DNA of 64,000 bases from Octopus sinensis (lineage: Eukaryota), in NCBI RefSeq assembly GCF_006345805.1, contig NC_042998.1:173228001-173292000 (forward strand), given 5' to 3'. Numbering within the stretch: the first letter of the stretch is position 1; each line of letters opens with the position of its first letter. This document shows, piece by piece, positions 22,276 to 33,599 of this stretch. The notes beneath the pieces are model-generated. The model saw only the letters and a list, made by a program, of their open reading frames with translations, searched no databases and was not told where the DNA came from. The translations under genes and the position numbers were made by a program.

Positions 22276-23171
22276 GGTGTTCCAGAAGTCTTGAGCACAT
22301 TTCAAGTCCTCATATCTTCTGGGCTATGATTGGTAGTAAGATGAAACTGGTACCATTTTAAAGCTAAATTCATTAAGTTTTGTGAAATGCTAATGATTTT
22401 TTCCTATTTTTTCAGATCCAGTAATGGCGTTCACTCAACCAGAAAAGGCGTTTTGCGTCCTTGAATTTACAAAAACTGAATCATGGACACTTGTTCAACG
22501 TGCATTTCGCACAAAATTCTGAAAAGAGGCACCAGAAAGGAAGTCCATATAGAGATGGCATGGTAAATTCAGGAAAGATGGGTGTTTATGCCTAGCTAAG
22601 AGAACGGGACATCTCTCAACTTGAGATGATACGGTTGAGCGAGTTCAAACTGCCTTCGAGCGGAGCCCCCGTAAATCGATCAGAAGAGCCAGTAGGACTT
22701 TCTTTTTCCAACAGGATGGGGAGTCACCGCACTGGAGCCTCAGGATTAGACAGTATCTGAACACAACTCTACCAGAAAGATGGACTGAACGGTCTGAGCG
22801 AGATGATCGTGTTCTCATACCCTGGCTTCCCAGGTCTCCAGATCTCATACCCTGCGATTTTTTTGTGGGCGTTTGTGAAAAGACTGGTCTATGTGCTTCC
22901 CCTTCCAAAAGAAGTGGATGAACTGATCGCGCGAATAACGAAAGCTGTTGCAACCATCAACAGTGCAATGCTGGAACGCGTTTGGCAAGAATTGGACCAT
23001 CGGCTTGATGTGTGTCGTGTGACCAACGGTGCTCGCATTGAACATCTTTGAACATTCCATAAAAAAACTTGAAATTGCAAGCTTTCAGAATATATCAGAT
23101 GCGTTTTTATGTCCTTGATAGTTTTCGATATATTCAATATAAAATTTTACCACGACTTCTGGAACACCCTC
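22273..23171 (+). mobile_element. Tc1/mariner rosa (DD41D)-like transposon, internally deleted
   Basis: TIRs cagggtgttccagaagtc (22273-22290) and gacttctggaacaccct (23154-23170), TA at left; ATG 22424 MAFTQPEKAFCVLEF...; C-terminus WLPRSPDLIPCDFFLWAFVK...NGARIEHL*. Confidence 0.9.
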
Positions 23172-23522
23172 TCTATATAATATATGTTACAATATCTGTT
23201 ATAATTTGTGTTTGCGTATGTATGTATGTATGTATGTATGTATGTATGTATGTATGTGTGTATAGGCTGTCTCAAAACATGCATCCACATAATCTACACA
23301 GCCTTCTGTGTTTTTTCTGCATCTTTCAGTACAACGATAAAATAATAAGCAACGATGGTGGAATGTTATATATGTTATATATTTTACTTATTATATATTG
23401 TTTATTCATTTTTTGTACTTTTTGTGATCTAATTATATGTTTTATAATATATTTTATTTTTTCTTTATGATTTGGTTTATGTCTATCATTGTTTGAATTA
23501 CATGTTAGTGGTTTTTCTCTAA

Positions 23523-23559
<37 letters not shown>

Positions 23560-23655
23560 CTTTAGAGAGATTTAGAAATAACATTTATATATATGTGTGT
23601 GTGTATTTGTGTGTGTGTGTGTGTGTGTGTGTGTATTTGTGTGTGTGTGTATGTA

Positions 23656-23696
<41 letters not shown>

Positions 23697-24058
23697 GTGT
23701 ATTACTGGCGGAAGAATTGTCTTGCTCGGATAGTCTTGACTTTTATTACACCGATACATTACTTTCGACAATAGTGATCAATTACTATTTTACTATTTAG
23801 ACTGGTTAACGAATTTCGAATGCAGAGCTCACTGTGAAAATTACTTGATTTTCTAAATCTACATCTTACACTACTCTTTGGTATATATATATTTATATAT
23901 ATATAATAGCGGTACAACATGACACCAATATTTGCTGGAAGGGCAGTCGATAAACGTACGACGCTATGTAAAGCTTCACTGAATGTATTCTGGCTAGGTG
24001 TTCAATCGAATATACTGGCATTGATGTAACGAATATTTTAAAATGTCATCTCACGGTG

Positions 24059-24133
24059 AATCTAGCTGATGAGGCCTAACCGGATTTACGATAACAAGCG
24101 TATTAGGAGAGTCCGAAACTCGAGCAGTGAATT
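24059..24133 (+). ncRNA. Type I hammerhead relic, unit 1
   Basis: aatctag-CTGATGA-ggcctaa...ttaggagagtcc-GAAAC-TCGA-GCA-gtgaatt; GUA>GCA. Confidence 0.7.
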
Positions 24134-24492
24134 ATCCAGTCTACGTTGTCCACCTATCCGTTGTTCTTTCTAGAGTTAAGAGGGAAATATTTTATATTCG
24201 TTGCCCGCACACATCTTTGCCAGTATACTTTCAGTGAAACCTTAAATAGCGTCGTAGGGTTATCGACTGCTATTTCCAGCAAACATGGTGCCTTGTTGTA
24301 CCACTATTTTCTACTTATTATTCCAGCTTTACGATGCTCTGTCTAGCGGGAAAATAATACTACTGTATTGCAATTATATTTAAAATTTTTATAATAAACT
24401 TTTTCACTGATCTCGGTTCAGTTACGGCTAGGCGTTCAACCGAATATACTGGCATTGATGTAACGAATATTTTAAAATTTCGTCTTTCGGCA

Positions 24493-24567
24493 AATCTAGC
24501 TAATGAGATCTCATGGGATTTCCGATAACAGGCGTATTATGAGAGCCCAAAACTTGAGTACTGGATT
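24493..24567 (+). ncRNA. Type I hammerhead relic, unit 2
   Basis: aatctag-CTAATGA-gatctcat...atgagagccc-AAAAC-TTGA-GTA|ctggatt; 7-bp stem I intact; G5>A, G12>A. Confidence 0.7.
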
Positions 24568-24804
24568 ATCCACACTACGTTGTCCATCTATCTGGTGTTT
24601 TTACTAGATGTAAGGGGACTCTTCTTTGCCAGCACACTTCTTTGCGAGTTAAGCTTTACAGAGCGTTGTACTGTTATCGACTGCTATTTCCAGCAAACAC
24701 GAGTTACTTCTTCGACCACTATCTTCTATTTATTATTCTTCCTTTACGGTGCTTTGTCTAGCTGGAAAATAATACTATTGTATTGCAATAATATTTATAA
24801 TTTA

Positions 24805-24865
<61 letters not shown>

Positions 24866-24924
24866 GTCTGTCTGTCTGCCTGTCTGCCTGTCTGTCTGTC
24901 TGTCTCTCTCTCTCACTCTCTCTC

Positions 24925-24983
<59 letters not shown>

Positions 24984-24984
24984 A

Positions 24985-25017
<33 letters not shown>

Positions 25018-25454
25018 AAGCTTTCCGAAAGTTCGTTTAAGTTTGTTTATTTGTATTTTGAAATTAGCTATTTCATCTTTAAATATGAAAAATTAATTTA
25101 TTAGGTTTTTATTATATGTGCATATATATTTATTTATAGAGATTATTTTAGATCTTAATTATAATATTTATATACATTTATATATTTTCATTGATAATTT
25201 ATATATAATAGTCATTTTTAAATATTTATGTGATTAGATATAGATTAATACCGATATTAGATTATTGGTGGGTTTCCTACCTTATAAATTAAAATTAATA
25301 TTTAACATTGTAGTCGATTTTGATATAATCATAATTGTTAAGTTTTATGTTTCTAGTTTGATAATAGAGTTTATTATAAGTAAAATTATTATATTATTTA
25401 TATCTTAAAAATATTGTTTAAATATTTCTGATTATTTTTTAGATATTTCAATTA

Positions 25455-25545
25455 ACCTGAAGATTGACTGTAACCATAACTCGAATTATTAATTGAATTT
25501 AAATTATTGTTATTCGAATTGTACAGCCATGAAACGATCGTAGTG
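25455..25545 (+). ncRNA. Type I hammerhead motif with intact core and long stem II
   Basis: CTGAAGA 25457-63, stem II tgactgta/tacagcca plus cgaat/attcg, GAAAC 25531-35, GATC, GTA 25540-42; stem I only 2 bp. Confidence 0.62.
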
Positions 25546-25781
25546 TTTTACTCTTTATCTTTTATTAATACTTTTGATATATTTATATAATATAAATTAA
25601 ATTAATTTTATGTATTAGCTTATGTTTTTCATTGTTTGATTTGCCTAATAGTGGTTTATCTCTAATTTAATATAATATAATATAATATATTTATACTATA
25701 AAATTGGATTTAATCCTAATTCTGATTTCTCCCTGTAAGTTTGGATTTATTCCCTAATATTTTATTATTATTATTATTATA

Positions 25782-25843
<62 letters not shown>

Positions 25844-25856
25844 ATATATATATATA

Positions 25857-26875
25857 CTAGCATTATGACCCGTCGTTGCCGGGTCATAGTGCTAGTGCAT
25901 GTATATATGTGTATATATATATATGTGTACATATTACATGTACATCTATATATATACATCTACATATAAAATACAAAATACGAAGTTATATCTTGATATC
26001 GCTAGTGATAACAATGCTCAAAATATATAACAGACTGGAATTGTAAGCCCGTCTCTTGCAATTTCGATCAATTGTATATCTTGTCCTCCCTCTTGTATAG
26101 AAGTGTGGCTACAATCCAGCCTACCTCAACTTCAGGGGAGGGGGCATTTTTAATTTTTATCCGGCACGTCCTACGTCCCAGATATAAAGGTAACAATAAA
26201 ATATTTCCACTTTGCAAGTTCGAGTCGAGTACTTTCTTGCACGCTCCGTTGACTCGAACCTTGCTTCTATTGTGGCGAATTTACCGCCTCTGGTTAGATA
26301 TCTTTCATAGTCGCACCAAGACACTTTTCGATGGTGCTTTCCTCCAGGTGTTCAAATCTTCTTTCTGTACATTGTATACTTTATAGAAAATAGTCTTTTC
26401 TTTAATTTAATTTTTTATTATCCATCTGGACTATTCCATTTCTGCACGCTAATTTTATTTTTAATTTATTCCCATTCATGTGAAACCACTTATTCAAGTT
26501 CAAGTCATTGATGCAATTTTATACCAATTGCTATTTTACTTTTGTTACTTTACGATTATATTATACTTTAGTTTGATTTTAATTATTACTTACTACATAT
26601 AATTCAATTGTTATTATTATTTTTATTGTTAAAGTGAAAGTATCTGACATAAAATAGAGAAACGTCTTTGTTTCACTTTTAACACGTAATACTGAAATAG
26701 TGGAGAAGATATGATATTGCTATGGGCTCGCTCTAGGCAAGAAGTTGAATGTTATTTTTGCCCATGAAATTACATGGACCCTAAGTAAGGCATGTGTAAA
26801 ATTTGAATGAAATTGGTTGTGTAGTTCTCAAGTTTTAGGGAAACACACAGACAGACAGACACACATTCTCAGTTT

Positions 26876-26885
<10 letters not shown>
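25857..26885 (-). mobile_element. Non-autonomous Helitron-like element
   Basis: Minus strand 5' end tataaaactgagaatgtg like 37308; 3' hairpin gacccg-gcaacga-cgggtc followed by CTAG|T at 25857-60. Confidence 0.75.
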
Positions 26886-26923
<38 letters not shown>

Positions 26924-26947
26924 TATATATTATATATATATATATAC

Positions 26948-27016
<69 letters not shown>

Positions 27017-27025
27017 CACAGATAG

Positions 27026-27094
<69 letters not shown>

Positions 27095-27134
27095 AGGAAA
27101 TAATGAAAGCGAGATAGGTAGAAATATATACACA

Positions 27135-28735
27135 AATATAAGTGTACTGCTTAGTTCTTGGTAGCTTCGATCCAGTTCTGGTATAGTGGTATCTATTTCA
27201 AGTTTGCTAATTGATGTTGCAGTGAGCTTTCCTCTCTTGAATGTTGCTTTTGGACACTTATCAAGTCTAGATTCCATTCGAACATCGTCGCTTATTATTT
27301 CATCGTTGTAAAAATTCTTTTAATTCCTGATCATTCTTAACTTACAGATTCAAGTCATCCACAAAGACTTAGTGGTAAGTTTTGCCGTTGTTTTTGCTAT
27401 TGTTGCTGTTGTTGTCAGTTGGTGTCCATATCTTATGGTACTCGATTCACTTTCAGGTGGGAAGAGTGCCATACAAAACAGGATAGGCAAAGGAGAGTTA
27501 CTTTGGAAAATTCCACAATTCATCTTCATTTTGTTTGATCACATGATTCCTCAACTATGGTTGAAAAAGAAGGATGCTTTTCAATTTTTCATGCCATTCC
27601 GAAGATTACCTGAGAGATCTTGTAAATTTGTACATTCTTCAATACTTACTCAGGAGAAAGTGTCGAAACTTCTTGTAAACAGAACATGCAACGCTGAAGT
27701 TCTTATTCTCTGTACGACAATATATTAGTATAATTTTGTTAATCATCAGTTGATTATTACATCGATAGGAGTTCTGGATATTCCTATTTTGTTCTTGTAG
27801 AATGATGGTCTTTTCTTAAAAAAAAAAAAGCGTACATTCTTTCAACAATTACTAAAGTCACAATTTTAACAACGTACTAGGTCTATTATTCTTTGGGGTC
27901 TTTTTTTTATCCCTGATTTTCAATGTTTTCTGTAGGCGGTACGGTGTTTCTACGGTCAACCAACTGGGAATATTAGGATACTTTGTATTAGTCTACTCCT
28001 TTCCCTAGCTAATGCTCTGTGCATTCCTGCAAGTGTATTTAAGCAATGATTAGGGATTTCAGCTATTTCTAGCAACTTCTGTTTCGCTAAGGGCCTGACT
28101 TAGCTCTGCAACTTCAATCTCAACCAATTGTTGTTCCTGATCTCTCATCCTTCCATTTACCCCGTTAATCCAACCTGCTTCCTTGTTACATTTTTTTGCA
28201 GTATTTCAAATATTCTAAAATTCCTCAACTTTATTCATTTACTTGCTTCCGTTATTTCGATTGGTTGTTCTCCATTTTATATAACTTTTTTTGCGTATAT
28301 TTGGAAAATATTATCTCGAAAATTTTCTTTTTTCATATCTTCTAATCCGTTGTACTTTGACTTCTATGTGTTATTTCAGGTTCCATTTCATGGTATGGAG
28401 ACTATGTTCTTCTGCTATTTTGCATTTATTTTAACTTTTCTTGTTTTGTACTTTTTAATTTTATTCCTCATGGAAAATTCTTTCAGATGTTTGATTTCTT
28501 TTTATACTTTCTCTTTCCACTTTAGTTGTTTTTTAACATGTTTCTTCGTCTTATACTTTTTAAAGTCCAGTATGGTATTTGCTCAACGGCTTTGCTGTAG
28601 AGTATGCAAGTTTATTGTTCATTCAGACAGGGGTATGAATATCAGTATCGAGCAGCTAACCCACCTCTGTTTCGAAGTTGACATATTGTATTCATTGCTG
28701 GAACCACAGATCGGCTACACACCCTGCTGACAGAG
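27135..28735 (-). pseudogene. R4/Dong-like LINE fragment (N-terminal region plus RT), heavily decayed
   Basis: MESRLDKCPKATFKRGKLT...ELD, LFCMALFP and remnants of the WIDYKKAF region; homologous to 35030-35800. Confidence 0.75.
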
Positions 28736-29029
28736 GCAAACACTCAGAACTTAGCAGTATATTTTAAAATGAACCGCATAAAAACAAAATATGAGGTCGG
28801 AAGTTGTAACACGAAGTCAAGCTGAGGTGGGAAGCGACGAAATCGAGGAGTTAAAGGAGTACGTCTATACGGGGTTCACATTGAATATGAGGCAACAAAT
28901 TCCATTCATGGTAACAGAATCAATATTGAAATAATATGTGATTACGCATAACATGCTTATTAAGGTTTCGACTATTAAATGCAACCTTTTAAATTTTTCA
29001 TGTAGAAGATATGATGGAGGTCTCAGCAG

Positions 29030-30184
29030 GAGAGTTTGAAGGTAGCAACAAGAAAATAATGGATAAAACATATGAGCCAAGAACGAGTACCTGCCCCCAA
29101 TTTTGAAATCAACGTGTAGTGGATGATCTTATTAGGGACTTGGGTCTCACTAAGTCAGGAGCTGAGCATTTAGCATCCAAGCTGAATGAATGGAATCTCT
29201 TGGGGAACAGCAAAGAGGAAGAGCCATGCGGAATTCGAAGTATACTTTGATATAAGTGAAGATCTCTGTTTCTGTAAACATATAAATGGTTTGTTTACAG
29301 CTATTGAAATTGATCACAACTCTGAAGAATGGCGACTTTTCATAGATAGCCCAACAAAAAGCCTCAAAGTCGCTTTATTACACAATGGATACTCGTACAG
29401 ATGAAGGAAGAATATTACAATGTAGAAGGATGTTTGTGGTGACTTTAAAATGCTTACCTTCTTACTTGGATTACAGGGTGAGTATTCTAAGTATTCGAGT
29501 TTTCTTTGCCTATGAGAGAATAGGGCTGATCATGAACATTACCAGAAGACTGAATGCCCCGCCCCCGCCCCAGATGACCTCCAGTCAGGAAAGTTAAATG
29601 TTATACGACAACCTCTTGTAGTGCATGCAAAAGTGTTGTTACCTCCACTTCGCATAAAGCTGTGTTTGGTTGAACAGTTTGTAAAGGCTTTAGGTCGTGG
29701 TGGAGAAAAATTTCAAGATATTCGTCTTCCAAAGCTATCTGAGGCAAAATTTAAGGGTGGTATATTTATTGGACCACAAGTAAGAAAAATGCTGAGGTCA
29801 GTAAAACTTGAAAATGTGATGAGTGATATAGAAAGAGAGGCATGGTGTGGATTTCGAGATATTGTCAATAGATTCGTTGGTCATAATAAAGACTCAAACC
29901 ACTACCAGCTCGTAGAAAAACGTATTGAGAGTTATAAGAATTTAGGCTGTAGAATGTCATTAAATGTATACGTTTTTCATTCACATTTAGACGTTTTTCG
30001 AGAAAACTTAGGTCAAGTGGGTGAGGAACATGGTGAGAGATTCCATCAGGATATTGCTACAATGGAGGAGAAAAGATACCAAGGAAGGTGGGACACTGCA
30101 ATGATGGGGGACTATATATGGTCATTGGTGAGTACATATATACATACATACACACACACACGCACACACACACGCACACACACA

Positions 30185-30262
<78 letters not shown>

Positions 30263-30310
30263 GGAGAGCACAGTCTTCGGTACATTTCTCGTAAAATCTT
30301 ATTATAATCC
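29030..30310 (+). mobile_element. Chapaev-like (CMC/Transib-related) DNA transposon transposase pseudogene
   Basis: DDLIRDLGLTK..AEHLASKL, WRLFIDSPTKSLKVALLHNG, VLLPPLRIKL, LSEAKFKGGIFIGPQ, HSHLDVFRENLGQVGEEHGERFHQDIATME..YQGRW. Family assignment from recalled motifs. Confidence 0.75.
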
Positions 30311-30464
30311 AAACGGAGTTTTGCTTATATTTCTCATTAGTTTAAAAATAAATATTAGAACAAAATATTTTAAGTTCCTATTAATGTACAATGGGAATAA
30401 GCTGAATTAAGTACTATCGCAGCTAAATTTTGTTTCCATTCTCTAGAAAACAGCAATTATCTTC

Positions 30465-30855
30465 TAAAATATTGCTGCTACGCAATTTTCAAGAGTAGTT
30501 TTAAAATAAAGAGAAGAAATTACCTTAGAAATACTAAAAACATTTAGAGAAGCAAAGCTTGTGTTACCCAGTGTAATTGGAGAACGGAGCGCAGTGAACA
30601 ATGTAATCGCAGTGTACCGCTGGGCCGGACATGTCGCAAGGCTCACAGACAAGAGACAGACCCAAGCAGTTGCCGAGTGGTATGCAAGGGATCGGAAAAA
30701 ACCTCTTGGAAGGCGTCCACGATGATAAGATGATTTGGTCAAGCAATTTTGATCAAGATAGGAAAGAATGGCGCAATCAAGACAAAATTGGAAGTGCATT
30801 GTGACCAGCGGTATGCAGCAACATCTGATGGACTGTTCGATGCTGTGATACTCTG
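30465..30855 (+). pseudogene. RTE-clade LINE 3' end
   Basis: From 30618: RWAGHVARLTDKRQTQAVAEWYARDRKKPLGRRPR**DDLVK, then a short 3' UTR ending gtgatactctgatac. Confidence 0.8.
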
Positions 30856-30899
30856 ATACAAGGCTATTGATACATTTTAGCGCAGTTTTATCTTCACTC

Positions 30900-31620
30900 A
30901 GGATTTCTTTTATTCCTGGATTATGCACTTTAATCTAGTATGCGATTTTCTTTTTTTTTTAGAACTTTAGATTTTGGTGCGTAGGATTATATTAAATTCT
31001 CAGATAATATCTTCTTTGGCTCCTTTGATTTTTTCTTATGTTCTCCAAGAAGTGAGATATCATCTTCATGCTCGTCATTTTCTGTGACCTGATTGTTATT
31101 TTCGTCATTGCCTTCGTAGTTTCTGATCGCATCGTACTCGCTGACTGGTTTCTTATTGAGTTATGCTATATATACATCTATTACAGGTACTTCTAGCATT
31201 GTTTGTTTCATCTCGTAAGACTCTCTCGTGTTCTTGGATGATTTGTGCTCTTATTACAGCTTCTGTGAGATTTTTCTTTCTTAGTATGTCTCTTCATGTT
31301 TTACCCAGCTTATTCGTGTTCATCTTTATTTGTGGGTTTCCGCCTGCTATTTTATCTCCGCTGCGTGTATCTACAGAGTAAATATTACGGTGTGATTAAT
31401 TCAGTGCTGGCATTCCATACTTCTTTATAGCCCTTTCGTTCTCTGCTTTGTGCTTTGATTTCTGGTGTTATTTTATGGTATATGTTCCAATGGGTTAGTG
31501 TTGGGGATTTTCTATTTTTGATTGCCCTTAGCTTATTATGTTGCCAGTTTCCCCCCAGAAGTACATTTTCCGATTGATTCTTGTGTAGGACTGAGAGATG
31601 GGGACCTTGGTAACCCACAG
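30900..31620 (-). pseudogene. Probable N-terminus of an R4/Dong-like LINE
   Basis: Minus-strand remnants such as RERKGYKEVWN and ILRKKNLTEAVI...; weak similarity. Confidence 0.45.
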
Positions 31621-31971
31621 AAAGGACAGCGCGTTATGATTAGTTTGATCTAAGAATTTACATGATATTTAGTATTCCATTTTATTCTTACTGTGAATGG
31701 TAGTTGCTTGTGCTGCTCTCTAGACGGGTTTGTTTATAAAATCACAAAACTCAGAGAGGTCTGTCTTCTCTCATCTAGGGAGATTATCCTGAACTGCGTC
31801 CCACACTAACACATTTTAAAACCTCGCAGCTAGAAAAACCGAAGAAACGAAAGATGAACTAATATCTGAAGACTTGTTCACACTCAAGTTTGCTTGAAGG
31901 GGCTCAAAGGAGTTAGATCATCTCGAAGTAGGTTATCCCCCGCCACACACCAATCTGATATAAGAATTAGA

Positions 31972-32141
31972 TTTGGCGCATTTCGTCCGTCTTTACGTTC
32001 TGAGTTCAAATTCCACCGAGGCCAGCTTTGCTTTACATCCTTTCGGGGTCGATAAAATAAGTACCGGGTGAGCACTAAGGTCGAGGTAACCGACTTCCAC
32101 CCTCCCTTGAACTTTTTGACCTTGCGCCGAAACTTGAAACC
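31972..32141 (+). mobile_element. SINE family B (Nin/Deu-domain-like), 5'-truncated, (ATT)n tail
   Basis: B box gagttcaaattcc; central ctttgctttacatcctttcggggtcgataaaataagtacc. Confidence 0.85.
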
Positions 32142-32164
32142 ATTATTATTATTATCATTATTGT

Positions 32165-32885
32165 TATGATTTCATATACGCTCAACAGATTATACATTTG
32201 GAAAAGAAAATTCCTAACATCAGGCTACAACAAATGACTTTAGATGCCAAGAACACTCCGAAGTATCCTAGTTGTCCCTAATAACACTGTACTAAACTGT
32301 GGGTTTAATGCCTATTGCCTCTACCCATCTGCTGAAATCTTCAGGGATAGCTCCCAATGCACCTATAACTATAGGGATACATTTTACCCTCACTTTCCAT
32401 AGTATCTGTAACTCAATGACTAGGTCCTGGTACTTAGCAATTTTCTCTATACCTCTCATATTGATTTTCTCGTCATTTGGGACTGTAATGTCAATTATCT
32501 GGCACTTTTTAATCAATATTTTTATTCACTTTTTATTCAATAACTAGGTCCTGATATTTTGCTATTCTTTGCATATTGATCTTTTCATCATTTGGGACTG
32601 TAAAGTGAATTATCTGGCAATTTCTATTCTCTTTATTTACTACTACTAAATCAGACCGTCTGAATGTTAAAGTTCCACAACATCTAAAATTTCTTGAATA
32701 TCTAGCTCTCTACTAGGTTCATGTTTATACCATTTATCATTATGGTCAAATCCTAGCTTCCTACATAACACCCAGCGGATTATTTTCTCCTTAGGATGTC
32801 ATGTCTTTTCTTCTATTCTTTCTGGACTAGTATGTTACAATCACCGACTATATGAGTAACATTTTCCTCTTTTAATCTGAATAAC
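32165..32885 (-). pseudogene. R4/Dong-like LINE 3' end (RLE endonuclease) with an internal partial duplication
   Basis: KKCQIIDITVPNDEK...KYQDLVIELQILWKVRVKCIPIVIGALGAIP; the motif is partly repeated at 32560-32660. Confidence 0.85.
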
Positions 32886-32954
32886 TTACAGTTCTATCGA
32901 CTTATCCTATCCTCCTCCTCCTCCTCCTCATCATCATCATCATCAACATCAAAA

Positions 32955-32989
<35 letters not shown>

Positions 32990-33506
32990 GAGTGAGAGAG
33001 AAGTGCATGTCATCGAAGTGACACTGGGGTAAAACATACGAAGCCCAATAAACCCATCACGACTACCCGTCTGCTAAGGATACACGAAGCACATGTATCA
33101 CAGCCATATGTACATGACATGGTGATATCATATCCACATAAACAGTGCATAAACTTACAGGTGAGGCCCAGTTAGAATTTTCTTCAGCTCGAGTAGCCTA
33201 TCCAGCACAAAAGATCCCTGAATAAGGTGTGTTTAAGGAGGTTGAACGAAGCATCCATGTTTCTAGAAGTGAATTTTCGAACAGAAAATAATTCCTCTCA
33301 ACGTGATCGGAGACGCAGATATCGTCAGCCACCAAGGGACATGCTCAACTGGTTAAGGTAAACAACTGACAAACAAATCTGTGGTATTCAGCAGAATATT
33401 TGCTGTAGCCCATATTTTATACCAAGACAAAACAATGTACATGATAACACTTCCAATCAGTTAAGATCAGGAGCCATGAGAGCCACTGTCTGGTACTGCA
33501 TCAGGG

Positions 33507-33507
<1 letters not shown>
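32990..33507 (-). mobile_element. Non-coding 518-bp element N flanked on both sides by (TTA)n
   Basis: Sharp borders with TTA tracts 32957-32989 and 33508-33593; second copy at 16476-16700. Confidence 0.8.
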
Positions 33508-33567
<60 letters not shown>

Positions 33568-33599
33568 GTTGTTGTTGTTGTTGTTGTTGTTGTTTTTTT

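Larger units (their letters stand above)
23905..24790 (+). mobile_element. Tandem dimer of a 434-bp hammerhead-containing unit with an inverted 5' segment (retrozyme- or PLE-pLTR-like)
   Basis: ggctagg at 23992 and 24426; predicted cleavage positions 24126 and 24560; 23905-23983 is an inverted copy of 24230-24308. Confidence 0.85.

Noticed and set aside
25020-25780. Possible NUMT because of extreme AT content
   Set aside because: No mitochondrial gene, rRNA or tRNA motif recognised; it contains a hammerhead motif instead.
31890-31970. Possible HDV-like ribozyme upstream of the R4 N-terminal relic (CTAAC motif)
   Set aside because: P1-P3 not found; upstream is cut by a SINE.
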